A stretch of DNA of 64,000 nt from Paraspadella gotoi (Eukaryota > Animalia > Chaetognatha): positions 13,176,790 through 13,240,789 of the forward strand of contig CM119269.1 in NCBI GenBank assembly GCA_051294375.1, written 5' to 3'. The notes beneath the pieces are model-generated. The model was not told where the DNA came from. It did no database searches and saw nothing but the letters and a program-made list of their open reading frames with translations. The position numbers and the translations under genes were made by a program. This document shows, piece after piece, positions 36,898-50,067 of the stretch (position 1 is its first letter; each line of letters begins with the position of its first letter).

Positions 36898-38481
36898 TTA
36901 GTTTTCCCCCAACCAAGCGGGCAAGATGTCATCGCACTTTCTAATCAACACTTTGCAACCTTTGATCCAGGTCGCTCCGCTTTTCAGATTTTTTTTCTTA
37001 GCCGGTTTCAGCGTCTCTTCGTCGGCCTCGATTCCGCAGTGCGATTCTTTCAGATCTTGATCCATATCGTCTACCAGCTTTTCCGTTGTCCCGGACTCTT
37101 TCGTGCCGTATCCGCAGAAGAGGCTTCGACGAGCAGCTTTGGGCCTGGATTCCTCGGACCCTCGGAAAGGATCGACGGAAGTCATTTGGAAGAATGTCTG
37201 ATCTTGATCGATTACCCGTGGGCCAATCGAGTCGACCGTGAGCGACGTCTTCGGAGAGAGGGGCATAGAGGGCACGGCCGATGCCGCCCCGACGCCTCCG
37301 TGAACGTTTTTCGAGTGTCGGTTGAGATCGTGCTTGTTTCCCAGCACCATCCCGCAGAGCTTGCAAATTTGTGGCTGCCCCTTCTGATGGATCTCGGCTA
37401 TGTGCGTCCGCAGGCTGCGACGGTCGAAGGCGGGCCCTCCGCAGATCGGGCAAACAAAGCGCGGGGTTTTTCCGTTGGTCGTTGCACGTTCGACGATCAA
37501 AGGCGCAGGAGCCGATGGCGCGACGGTCGGCTGCATCGTGGAAACGACGTCGTCGCTTCGATAGATGCCGAGCGCAGGGTCGGAGGGCGAATCGGGGCTC
37601 GCAGATGCAAAGATAGTGTCGTTAGAGAACAACGTTCGACTTTCGCATGACGACGATGACGAAACCGCGGCATTCTGTTGCTCGCTCTCGTGCGCTTCCG
37701 TCTTGTGCTTGACGACGTCGATGAGGTAAGAGAACTCGGCGCCGCAAACGTCGCACCGCAGCGGCGCTCTCTTGGTTTCCTTGCCGTGCGACTTTTTGTG
37801 AACGATGAGTTGCCAGTTGGTGGCCGTGCGAAAGTCGCATTCGTTGCAGCGCAAAGGTTTGACGCCATCGTGAACGGCATCGATGTGTCGTTGAAGAGAA
37901 TTCTGCGAGCCGAAACCCTTGGAGCAAAGCTCGCAGTGGACGAGCTTGTCCTTGTTGTGCACGGAGGTGACATGGGCGTGAAGACTCTTCTTCGACTTGA
38001 GCGATTTGCGACAGACCGGACACTCGAAACGGGTCTCCAGGTGTTTGTTTTGCACGTGGTTGTACAAAACACCCTTGGATCCGAAATTAGCGCCGCAATA
38101 GGAGCACTCGAACGGCCGCAGTTTCTCGTGGACGGCGTCCGTGTGTTGCTTGAGGTTGGCGTTGGATGCAAAGCTTTTGTCGCAAATATCGCATACGAAG
38201 TCGCGTTGCTTATTGTGTACGACCTTGACGTGGCGGGAGAGAACGCAGTTCTCGAGGAATGAAAGGTTACAAATGTTACACTTGTAGGGTTTCTCCTTGG
38301 TGTGGACGGCTTTCGTGTGTCGCACCAGTTTGTAGTTTTGATAACTTCGGAAGGGGCAGAGTGGACACTTGTACGTGTGACGGTCGGAGTTTTCGCTGCG
38401 GGAAAACTCCAACGATGCCTCCGGACTGGAATCGTCGTCCAAGAGAATTTCGTCCATCTCGACAGTCATGGGGGCCATCAT
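36898..38481 (-). CDS. Intronless C2H2 zinc-finger protein (8+2 fingers)
   Basis: First ATG at 38481. Ten Cx2C...Hx3-4H fingers, with linkers such as HTKEKPYKC and HEKLRPFEC. Confidence 0.88.
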   Translation of the reverse strand: MMAPMTVEMDEILLDDDSSPEASLEFSRSENSDRHTYKCPLCPFRSYQNYKLVRHTKAVHTKEKPYKCNICNLSFLENCVLSRHVKVVHNKQRDFVCDICDKSFASNANLKQHTDAVHEKLRPFECSYCGANFGSKGVLYNHVQNKHLETRFECPVCRKSLKSKKSLHAHVTSVHNKDKLVHCELCSKGFGSQNSLQRHIDAVHDGVKPLRCNECDFRTATNWQLIVHKKSHGKETKRAPLRCDVCGAEFSYLIDVVKHKTEAHESEQQNAAVSSSSSCESRTLFSNDTIFASASPDSPSDPALGIYRSDDVVSTMQPTVAPSAPAPLIVERATTNGKTPRFVCPICGGPAFDRRSLRTHIAEIHQKGQPQICKLCGMVLGNKHDLNRHSKNVHGGVGAASAVPSMPLSPKTSLTVDSIGPRVIDQDQTFFQMTSVDPFRGSEESRPKAARRSLFCGYGTKESGTTEKLVDDMDQDLKESHCGIEADEETLKPAKKKNLKSGATWIKGCKVLIRKCDDILPAWLGEN

Positions 38482-39084
38482 CGGCGATGGAGTGCGAAGA
38501 AAGGAAAAATCACGGTTTTTTGAGAGCGTTGTGGATATAATTGCCGAAAAGGACAATGGTCAAATCTCCAATTAAGACAGATTGTAGAGCGGTGCAGATG
38601 GCAATGCACCACTTAGTGCCATCCCAAGACGCTCTCGCGATGGTCGGGAAAAGCTTCCCGAAAAACAAAAGATCACAGGTCCTCGGCGGTGGTGACGCAT
38701 TTAATTTGGAAGATAGAGTACTGGATATTTAAATTATTTTAGAATTTGTTGTTATTTTTAGTGCATTAATATTTTAAATTTTAAAAAATTTAGGGCGATT
38801 ATTTTTTGCTTCTCAACCAAGGTTACCTACCTAATTACTTAGTATTATGAACTTCTCTTTGGAACCAAATGAAAATCTCAATTCAAGCTAAAAGAATCCT
38901 TTTAGCCAAACAGTTCGGCATAAGATAAATACAATTATTTTTTTTCATTTTATAAAAGTGTACATGGACTTATAGATTTTTATTTTAATAACCAAGATCC
39001 AAATTATACCAATCAAATATTTAAAAAAAATATTTAAATTAATTAAAATCTCATTAAAACAAAACAAAAAATCATTATGATTCA

Positions 39085-39620
39085 ATATTTTGAACTTTTC
39101 AAGCCGATGTATTATTAAGATATTTAAGATTGAGATACGTACTATTAAGATATTTTTCAATAATAATAATAATTTTTTTAAAATTTAGTCTAATAGAGAA
39201 TAACAATTAACATTGCATTCAGGACTTTCCTTATTCAACTCAGCAATTCTTTAGGAATACACATGGTTATTGGATATCTTTAATTTTTTTATGAACTTCG
39301 GGATGACAATAACAAATTTCAATTTTTTTCACATGGTTATTCAATAAGTTATTGGCAATCTTTAATTTTTATGAACTTAGGATCACAATAACAAATATTT
39401 TGAACTTTTCAAGCCAATGTACTAAGGTATTTTTCAATCGATTATAATTTTTTTAAAAATTTAGTCTAATAGAAAAAAAACTAGCAATTTTCTTATATTT
39501 TCATTAATTCAGGACTTTCTTTATTCAATTTAGCCTTTCTTTTCGAATACACATGGTTATTGGAAATCTTTAATTTTTTTTATGAACTTCAGGATGACAA
39601 TAACAAATTTCAATTTTTTT
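39085..39620. repeat. Imperfect tandem duplication (~300-bp unit) between divergent genes
   Basis: Blocks ATATTTTGAACTTTTCAAGCC, AAATTTAGTCTAATAGA, TTCAGGACTTTC and ATACACATGGTTATTGG...GATGACAATAACAAATTTCAA each occur twice in the same order. Confidence 0.75.
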
Positions 39621-40623
39621 CTAACGCGGTTAATTACCCAGACATAAAATCGTACTTAAAGGGCAAAAAAAGGTTAATGATCAACTTATTTTATTTCCCA
39701 TTAAGCCGGACGAGGTTTATGCTAATTAACCGACCCCGGGCCAATGAGCCGGTTTGGCCGAGTCTCGGCCTCGACCAATCCCTCTCGCCGAAAACACGAT
39801 TATGTTATTTCGTTCTTCGGACATCTTGGTCATTCATAGCACCTGAATCATGAGCTATGAAATCTCGTATGCCAGTTCCATCGACCCAACTCCATTTTTT
39901 GATCAGAGCTTTGAAAAGAAGAAAAACGCCGGCGGTTTCGTCAAGCTTTGACATAATTATAATGTAAATGAATTCATGTTTAGAAAACAGCTGCCGCTGC
40001 GGCGTTGGCGGCACCGACCGGGGAAAGATGTTTATTATGTGGTCCTCTTCCCCGTCGCCTTCGATCCTTGATGTCCTCCTCCTCCACGGACGAGCGTCTT
40101 CTTTTCGCCGCCATTCGTGTTCGTACACGCCGTGGCGCGCCAGGATCCAGAAACCGGCCGCAAACCGCCCCCGCCGCTGCTCCCGCGGCTCCCCGCTGTC
40201 GGCTTTGGTCGCGGACGCCGTGGCCCGACGCGGCAGCCGCGGCGTCGTTGCGAAGGGATGCCGAAGTGAGAGAGAGGGAGAGCGAGCGAGAGAGACAGAG
40301 TTAAGAGAGAGATAGAGATAGAGATACCGCCCCGGCTGCTGTACCCTGGCTGAAAAACAGAAATTATAAAAAAGAAGAAAAAAAATAACCGCCGCTGCTG
40401 ATTCTTGGAGGCCTAGCTACGTTCTTACTGTATAATTCTATGACCCGATCGTTCTAAAGTTCATTGGATCGCCTTGCGAATTCTTACATCCGCAACATTT
40501 CAAAAGAAGGAAACGAAAAAAAATCTCAAAAAAACCTTAAAAAACAAAACAAAGCGTAAGCCGCGCGACAAAAACCAACTGCGTATTTTTTCTTCGAATC
40601 CGGTTGATGAGTTCGGAATTATT

Positions 40624-43600
40624 ATGATCACGAAGAAGCGTCTCGCGAAGCGGAGCATCGTCGGCACCAGAGTGGCGGCGCCCGGCCACGATGGCAGATT
40701 CTACCCCGGGATCATCGAGTCCACCGAAACAGGTCCGTTCTTGAAGATCAAGTGTGAGAGAGAGAAAGAGGCAAGGTATCATGATCATCGCCGGGGTCCT
40801 TGATCGCACGCTGATAAGCGCCCGCCGGGCCTTTCGATACTCTGTTGTTGTTGTTATTGTCGATCGATATTCGGGTCAGATCAATTAAGCAAGGGGGGGG
40901 GGGTGATTGGCGGTGGAAAACCAGTGATTTGCAGATTATTTTTAAAACGAAACAAGAGGTTAATAATATATGTCAAAAATCTCTTTCTCGCTTTGCACTT
41001 CAACAGCCTTGACTTTTTAAAAAATAGTTATGCATAAATCAATTTATACCATCTTCAAATTTTTTGATTAAAATCTTAGCTATTTTTTGTTCATAATTTC
41101 AATTTTTTCGCTAATTGATAAAAAAAAAACATTATTGAGTTATAATCCTTGTCACACAGGAATGGACCGAAAAATGGTTTACCTCATTCGCTTCAAAGAC
41201 GGAAAATGCAAGGCAATGACGGAGGGAGACATTATCGGTCCCGGGTTCCATTCCATCTCCTCTTTCGTATTGAAACATGGACAGAAAGTCTTCATCACTT
41301 ATCAAGGCGAGATTTTAATAGGATGTTGTCGCGAATCCTAAATTCTCCTCCCGTATTGCTTGGTGAAACAAGAATCGTACCATTGGCTTGGTCAGCTAAG
41401 TACTCATTCACCAACCGTGAGATCCGGGTTCAATCCCCTCGCTGTTGCGCTGGTTAGGTTTGATGATTTCGGCATAATAACGCGAGTGACATGGGGTGTT
41501 CACTGCATGTCCAAAGTCCTGAGCACCAGCTGTCTGGAGATACCTCACGCCCCGGGCATCACACATGTCTCGCGGTTGCCATGATGTCTTAATTGCATCA
41601 GTATTTAGTTGTGGGTTTTTTTTTCTTTAATGATTATCAATCAACAAGCAACGATTTTTAATCAGGGCGCGAAATCTCCGGCGTCGTCGTCAGACATCAG
41701 CCACACATCGACGAGGTCCTCGTCAGAACCGATGCTTCCTCCCTTGGCAAAGGTTCCATTCTCGACCAAGACTCGAGATGCTAAATTATTATTAAATCAC
41801 CTCCTATTGTTATTTCATAAAATTCCAATTCAGGTTCCCTCACGGAGGAGGCGTTGGAAATTCGCAAGCGCGTGGACGAGGTTCGAGTTCTTGAGAGCCG
41901 AAAGTCGAACCGACTCTTGGATCAGGACAAAGACTTCGCGCGCCTGGCTGACGTCGGCACCAAAGCTGGATCGCCGGCGGCGGGATCGCTCCCCGCCGCC
42001 GCCATCGCCTCCGCCGTCGTTTCTCAGGGAAGGAAGCGCTCCGTTTCCAACTGCATAGACGTCCCCCATACCTATGCTAAAGCGTCCAGAAGAAGGTAAA
42101 AATTTTCGTTATTTGTGGAACATTTGAAATTTTGAGAGCTTAAATCTCATTTGCATATTGTCGCTTTTTGATTGAGTCTCGATAGATTTTGTTTCAATTA
42201 TCTGAGAAGTTTAATAATGCTATTTTTATTCGTTTTTTAAAAAAAACTTTTTCACTTATAATTGTTTGATTGATTATTAACATTTTAAAAAATAAATAAA
42301 ATTAACATTATCTCTCAAATCTCCATTCCCTCAGTCGAAAGCGCCACACGTCGGCGCCGGGTTTGGGCGACGAGGCCTGTGCTCGGTCGGCGGGCGACAT
42401 CAGCAGCGACTCTTCAACCGACGACGACGAGGAGGTCGAGGTCATGGACGAGAAAATGGCGGCGATGGTCCTCACCGCCCTCTCCTGTTCCCCAGTCTCG
42501 CCCAAGTTCTCCAGCGTTCATAACAGTTCAGTCTAACGTCTTAATAAACTGTTATTCTTTCAAAGCTAACTTCCCTTTTTATTTCTCCCTTCCAAGACGT
42601 GGACGGCAACGGTTTGTCGTGCAGTTGGGCGAGCGGATCCTCCTCTTACTGGAGCGGGAAGTCGGAGGAGCTGGTCGGCATCGGCGAAGAAAGTCCGCCG
42701 GCCGCCCGGCAGGATTTTAAGGTCAGAATCCGGGTCGCCCACGCGCCGGCGAAAAAAAGTGACTCACCAACCGCAAGCCGAGTTTCGGTTAACGGCCTTT
42801 TAACTTTCCCATTTCTCGCAGTCCTGCTCCTCGCAAAAAACAAAAGGGACTTGCGCTGGTGCGGAAGTCCTTAACTCGCCGCCGGACGAAGGGATCGAGT
42901 TAGAAGAGTCCGTCCCGGATCGAACCAAGCGAAGGAGGGTGAGTCACCAAGCATTCGGATTATAAAATGATTGATAAATCGAATTTAACTAAAAAAATAT
43001 CGTCGCGAAACAATTGAACAGTTTCTTATTTTTGGGCCAATTCAACATTTCATTAATAATGGGGATTTTAAATAATTTTTGTTACTTTTTTGGGTCATTC
43101 TTATTGATAAATCCGCGATAGTGTTTTTTAAAAGAACATATGTAATTATGCTGGTGTTACTGCTACATCTCGAGATAAGGCTCAATAAACTTAAACCTTG
43201 GAATTCTTAAATCATTTTCAGTTTATCCGATTAAAAATCTTCTTATTATAATAACTAATATCTCTTTTTAACAAACCCAACACCCCCCTTTCCTCTGGAA
43301 TTCAGAGGGAAACAGTTTTCCAGTGCACTTGGCCGGGTTGCCAGACGGTTTGCGACACTTGCCCCAAAATTGAAAAGCACGTTCGACAAGTTCATCTCGG
43401 GCCCAAACCTAATCAAGGTACAATAAAACTGATATCAAGAAAAGAAATACAATTAAGAAACTGTAACCGGAAACGTTTATTTCTAGATGACGATGTTTCC
43501 GACGATCACGAAGAAGAATTTTACTACACGGAAATTGAAATTCAATCTAATAATGCAATTACCTCGAAAGAAACGACATCTTCAAGGTATTGATAATGAA

Positions 43601-45448
43601 TAAGAAAAAGAGTTGACATGCGACCGTGATTAATTTCAAATTTTGTTCTTTTCAGATTGTCGCCCCTCTGCGGCGCCGTTGCAGACTTCAAAGCTGACGA
43701 ACACACAACGAAAAAAACTCACTCGACACAAGAAGGTTAATCCTGGGAGAAATGATGGAATAATTCATGAAGACAATGTGATGTATCGTGTTAATTTTTT
43801 CGGATGCTTTTCTTCATTTGATATGCGGAGACCTCTCCGGTGTCCAGTCTTCATGCTCCCAAATATTTCTTTAACGTTTGCTTATTGCCATATATATATA
43901 TGTATGAGACAAATATAAATCGGCGTTCCTATTTGATTTTGCAGGGAAATCGAAGCAGACTGAAGGCTGGCCATTGCGGCCAGAGACGGCGGCCTCGTCG
44001 GTCGTCGGCAAGGACGATCATAATCTCCAGGGGAATTCTAGTCTCTCTTATCTCTTGGCCAAATCGGGGAGAGAAGCTAAAGTCATTCACGCCACGCCGA
44101 GCATAGATCACAACTACACAGCCAAGGTTCCATGTTGTGCCTTGAAAAATGAAAAAAAAAAATGAGACATATAATTTAATTTACTATTTTACTATTTTTT
44201 TTTTCATTCATTAAATAACATCTGATTAGTTTTACTTATAAAAATTCCAAGCGCAGTTTTAAAATCATTATTTGCCTTCGAGAAAATATTTTTGTTTCTA
44301 TTTAAATTTCGGTTTGACAGCCAGATTCAATGACAACTTCGCCGCCGAGATCTATTATCTCTTATATAAGTCTAATATTAGGCAATAGGCAGAATATATT
44401 TTTTATTTCTGTAATTTATTTCAGGACAATTTCTTCGCCATGTTGAACCAAGCGAAACGTGAATCGGTCACAACGACATCTCCTTTCGTGTATGAGGCTC
44501 AAATTCCGTCAGCCAATCCCTCTTTTAACTCTTTCCACATGCGTCAACCGAGGTCATTGTTGATGTCAACTCTTTCTCTGCATTGATTGACTACCAATAA
44601 ACCCATAGACTATTGATGAGAGCTTTAAAATGTTTCCATCTAGATTCACCGTTTCAACCTCGCCGGAGCTGCAGAATTTTCTGTCGCTACCCGAGTCTGT
44701 GCGAAATACAATATCTCTTTCGACGGAGAATCGACCAACTTTAACCGGTGATAATTATCACTTTTTTTCGCCTTTTTTTCTTGAATTACCTTTACCAATT
44801 AAAGGGAATTTGTCTTTTAACCATCAGGAAACATTTCGTTGCCAAAACCCATTCAACCGAATTTGTTGGACACCTCGTGCGGGGCCATCGTTAGCCCATC
44901 TGGGATTTTATCAGGTACAACCATGTTCGTGATGTTTTCACAATTTAGAATTGTTTCGGTAAAAATGTTACAACTCTCCTTACAGGTTCACTCCCCGGAA
45001 GTCATTTCCAAGTTTATAATCAAACTTCGCCCAAGATGATTTTTTCGTCTTCGTTGGGAACGTCTAGCGCGCCTAAGGCTTCATCAGGAATTAAAAAAGT
45101 CAGGGGCGAAATGAAAAAGTGTAGAAAGGTAACCCTAATGTTTTGGACATGATTTTATGAGAGTGAATAAACGAGACTGTGAGAGAGTCTTGAATTAAAA
45201 GTTTGATTGAAAGCTCGCATGGACCGGCTATGTCATTCTCTTAAACCACCAAAGCCTGTCCAAAGTCAGGGGCAAGATAGCTTATTTATTAAATGAATGG
45301 ATAATTTTTATATTGGTGGTACCAATTTCATATATTTAATGTTTAATTTTCTTGATTTGTATCCTTTAAGGTTTACGGGATGGAAAATAGAGACATGTGG
45401 TGTACGCAATGTCGTTGGAAAAAAGCATGCACGAGATTTATTGATTGA
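40624..45448 (+). CDS. ZNF395: ZNF395/ZNF704/SLC2A4RG (Glut4EF)-family transcription factor with a C-clamp; multi-exon
   Basis: N-terminus [17 protein letters not shown]. Internal motifs [16 protein letters not shown] and [14 protein letters not shown]2H2 finger FQCTWPGC...HVRQVH followed by [10 protein letters not shown]-terminal C-clamp [37 protein letters not shown]. Equally related to ZNF704; the symbol denotes the family. Confidence 0.92.
41381..41585 (+). mobile_element. tRNA-derived SINE-like insertion in an intron
   Basis: A-box-like TGGCTTGGTCAG and B-box GGGTTCAATCCC, but no cloverleaf. Confidence 0.45.
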
Positions 45449-46269
45449 TGATGGATCGAAATCGTGAAAAAAAATTTAAACGTGAATGAGCGTTTTTTCT
45501 ACTTTATTTTGTAAATATTTTGTTTAAATGTTCATTGTTTCCAGATTATTTAAAACAAACTCTGCCGGCATTCCAAAGTCGCATAGGTTTATTCTTTGGC
45601 ATTTCTGATTTAAGGTTATCCGTTATTTCTTTAACAGTCGTAATTTTGTTTAATGTTTAATAATTGTTTTATGGTTATTGATGCTACAGACTGAGCGAAA
45701 AGTGTCTCATGGGCTACCATCGTCTGTACAGTTGTCTAATTTGTCTTTAAATATGTATTAGTAAAGTTATACTCAAATTACCTGCACTCTGCCTATAGAG
45801 ATTTACTAGTCATTTGACCTGTAAATGTTTGTATATATTTTACGTTCCTCGTTGTTCTGTTTAAACATGATGAAAATTATATATGATGTAATCACCGAAG
45901 TTATGTGTATAATTAGATAAGATAATTTATCTTGATGAAATGAGTAATGACGACAAGTGACGTAGCTGATTTACAAGTCCTAAATCTCAGATGATTATAT
46001 GACTTGCGACAGTGTAAAGTTCATTTTTGACAAAAGAAATGAGATAAAGGTTTTAAAACTGTATTTATAAACAGTGGCAACAAAAAACTTCATATTTTTT
46101 GTCGATAACAATTTTTTTAAAAGTTATAAATGAATTATGAAAGTTCAAAAGCACGCATTTCTGAACATTTGAACCCGGAGTTATTATCACAGCAGTTTAT
46201 GACAACCTTTAATCTGACATCCTGTTAAACAATTGGAATCTGTCTCTCTCTCAATCTTCTCTCTTTTCT

Positions 46270-49200
46270 CTAACTCCTCTCGGCCCGGGAGATTCCACAG
46301 ACTTGAAAAGCGGCCAACTTATCATCACATCTCCGGTTGTGTTCGGCCGCTTTGCGATTCGAGTCGGCGAGATATTCGGCGACGAACTCGTCGAACCGCG
46401 GATGGTTACGCCTTCGCTCTCCGTCCATGTGGACGTAGACGTGTCCGTTGAAGTACCACCCGCCGGGCAGAGGCTTCACTGCGTTGCGACTCTGAATCTA
46501 TGGAAACAAATTTTAAAAATATATATATTTTTACTATTCTTCAAATCAAACTGAATCCCCTTCGATCCCCAACGAAAAAGAATTCCCGCGTCTCGACGCA
46601 CCTCGCTCAACTCTCTCGTCGTTAGTTCCTCTTCTCGCCGCGGCCGCTTGCGCAGAGTGTCGCCCTTGGTGCAGCGGAGCAGCAGCTCGATGATCTCTTC
46701 CGAGTTGAGGTTGTAGCCGCAGAAGACGACGACCGATTCCGAGGAGGAAGAGGAGGGAGGAGGAGATGTAGACTTAGCGGGAGGACAAGAGGGATTCTCG
46801 TTCGACGTTGATGGACTTGACGAGGAGGTTGAAGGGTCGGCCTTGGACGCCTGAAAATGTTGGTATTGTTGCTTTTTCAAGCGTTATTAAAATATCGAAG
46901 AAACAAAACACGTTTTACTTTCGGACAGCACTTGTTTACAGAATTTTTGAATTATTAATTATTTTTAATCTTAATTCGCAGTTGTCGAATGATTACGTAC
47001 CGAAATGTCCTTTTCTGTCTCGTCTTCTTCTTTGTCGCTTTCTTCGTCCCAACTGTCATTATCTTTATCTTTTGTTTCTTCTTTTTTTTCCTCTTCCTCT
47101 TTTCTTTCCTCCACTTCCTTTCTCACTTCTTCCTCCTTTCTTTCTTCGTGTCCTTTCTCCAGCCCAACATCGGTCTCCGTTCTCTCCGCCTCGGTATTTT
47201 CCTCCCTCACTTCTCCTCCCTCTCTCTTTCCTCCCTCTCTCTCTCCTCCCTCTCTCTTTCCTCCCTCTCTCTCTCCTCCCTCTCTCTCTCCTCCCTCTCT
47301 CTCTCCTGCCTCTCTCTCTCCTCCCCCTCTCTCCCTCTCCACCGAAATGACAACGGGTCCAAACTCCTCCTCCTTCTCCTTCGGATAAAAAGTCATCTTC
47401 TCCGTCGACGCCGCGTAGTTGACGATCATCGTCTTCCCTCTTTCGCGAAATCTCACTTCGCCGGAAACGATGAAGATGACGCCGCGATCGAGATCTCCGG
47501 CGCCGTTCGACGCCGGGGCCTCCCTTCGAGACTTGAACCGTTTGAGTTCCCACGTGAATTTGGTTCTCTCGAGACAGCAGCGGAATTTGACGGCGACGGA
47601 AGTGACGGCGTGGGGCCAGACGCCGGCGAATCCCGTCGTGGAAAGGGTCGACGACGAAGTGGTATCCCCGGCAGGGTCGGCAGACCCGGCAGCGTCGGCA
47701 GACCCGGCGGCCCACCAACCGGGAAAAAGCAGATGACGCATCTTGGACATTCCCGGCGTCATAAACTGGTTCACGCCCAGAATCCGATCGTAATCCTGCG
47801 CATGCTCGAGGCGGCCGCGCGGCGCGAGGATTACTTCCGCCCCTGGGTTGACTTTCCGCAGGAGGGCGCGCACGCGGGAGACTCGTTCGTCGTCGGCTGG
47901 CGACGCCTCTGACGAAGAGCTGCCGGTGACGACGACGTGGTTGACGAAGCCGCGGGAGCAATGATCTATCACCATCGGGATGGCCTATGAATTGAAAAAC
48001 TTTTAAAAATAATACAAGTTGAACGGAAGAGGTGCATCGGCCGGGAATCGAACCCGGGCCGCCCGCGTGGCAGGCGAGCATTCTACCACTGAACCACCGA
48101 TGCATTAACTGATGATAGAAAACAAAATTCAAAGAAATCATTACATGATGTAAATGACGAAGTAAATAATCGAAGTTAAACAATCAGAGGGTAAACGAAA
48201 TATTAAAATAACTAAATACTAAAACAATAGACCTGACTATTGTCGACGAAGACGTTTTCCGGATTGAGACAGACCAACACGGACCCGATCCTAATTCTCT
48301 CCCTGACTTCGACCTTCGGGTGACGCGTGATCGCCGTCACAACGCGGGCCGTCGACGTGAACCCGGGCACGACGATCATCGCGCGGAGACGCTTCCGTTC
48401 TCGCGTGGAAGACGACGCCCTCTTCCGGTCGAGAGTCGACGTCATCGCCGTCAAAGCGTCGCCAAATGCCGACGCGTCGAAGGTCGTCACGTCCGACGGG
48501 TGACGGAGGAAGATCCAGCGTGTTCCTTCCTTGGAGTGGGAGGTCAGGCGAAAGGCCAGACTCTCTTTGTAGCTGCCTGATCGAAGGGAAGCAAGTGTCG
48601 GAGAATCAGATTGGGAAAAAAAGAAAAAAGAAAGAGCGAGAGAGAGAGAGAGAGATCGTTTAGAATAAAAAAATATGGTGAAATATAATAACATTTTAAT
48701 AATAACCTGGAATCCCGTTGACTATGGTGACGACAACTTTGTCTCGATCGTTTTGATCCACATTGTTGTTATTGTTGTTGTTGTCGTTGCCTGTTTTCTC
48801 CCAGCCCAACAGCTGGTCAGCGTCCTCCACAGGAAGTCGAGCGTCGCCGAGAGAGAAGTCGTAGAGGAAGTGCTGCATGAAGTCTTCGACTCGCGGGAAG
48901 TGGGCGCGAAGTCGGTCCATTCGCGACGAGCGCTTGGAGCCAAAGCGGCGCGAACCTAGGGAGATTTAAGGAAACAAATTTAACGATAACGCTAAAATAT
49001 AAAATCAAAATGAAAATCAAAGCTAAGCCACATCAACCCGAAAATAGTTCATGAATTTGAAGAGACTGATAAAACCTATTTAAACAATTTATATCAATTC
49101 AATGAGATGTCAAATATCTTTATCGGGGACACTGCAATATGCAAATGAGATTTTGGCGTCCAATCAAATTTTCCATTCTCACATTTAAAATTCACCTCCC

Positions 49201-49980
49201 AAATCGTCGATCCTATTTAGACCTAACGACCCGAGCGAAGTCAGCCCTCCCACTCCGGTCACGCCCACGTGTTTGAGTCGCCGCGCCATCCAGCGCCTCG
49301 CCGATTCATCGTCCGGCGGCAGCGGCTCCTTGGTGAAGCCGAAGAGTCGGGCGCCTCTCGTCTCCCAAAACGGCAACACGTTGGAGCGCAACTCTTGCAG
49401 CACCTTAGACTCCGGGTAGACGAAGAAGACGAGGCGATCCCGCGGAGAACTTTCGTCGCCGCTGACGGCAGCCGCGCAGCAGCGAAACGACGGCGGCAGG
49501 AGACGCCGGAACTCCGGGCGCGGGGAGACGGTCACCGCGGAAACGTCGGCGTCACCCGCGTCGTGATACTTGAGCTCGAGGATCTCCGAGTAGAGAATTT
49601 CCACGCGACCGCAACGAAGCGTCGAGAAGGTCACGCCCGATTTTGTGACGACGAGGTAACAGGGAACGGGCAGCGTGTTGACGCCCGACGCCGCCACCAC
49701 CTCCACCCCTTCGCCCGCCAAGAGGGCGCCCACGTCGAGGCGAGTGGGCGGCCAAGAGCGAGGCAGGGGAAGATTCCACGTGCAGCAGCGTCGAATGCCT
49801 GGGAGAGAGGGGGGGGAGTCATTGGAAGTTTCATTGGTTGATTTGTTCTTTCTTTCTTTCTTCTTTCTTTCTTTCTTCTTTCTTTCTTTCTTTCTTCTTT
49901 CTTTCTTCTTTCTTTCTTTCTTTCTTTTCTTTCTTCTTCTTGATTATTGATTGATCGAAGGAATAACTCTCTTCGACTTT

Positions 49981-50067
<87 letters not shown>

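Noticed and set aside
36998-38540. Long overlapping antisense or alternate-frame ORFs over the ZNF gene (likewise over the PTP-like, DNAAF9 and beta-catenin exons)
   Set aside because: These are expected shadows of GC-rich coding sequence and show no independent motifs.
47065-48183. 372-aa minus-strand ORF spanning the tRNA
   Set aside because: It is an off-frame read-through of an intron, the tRNA and a DNAAF9 exon.
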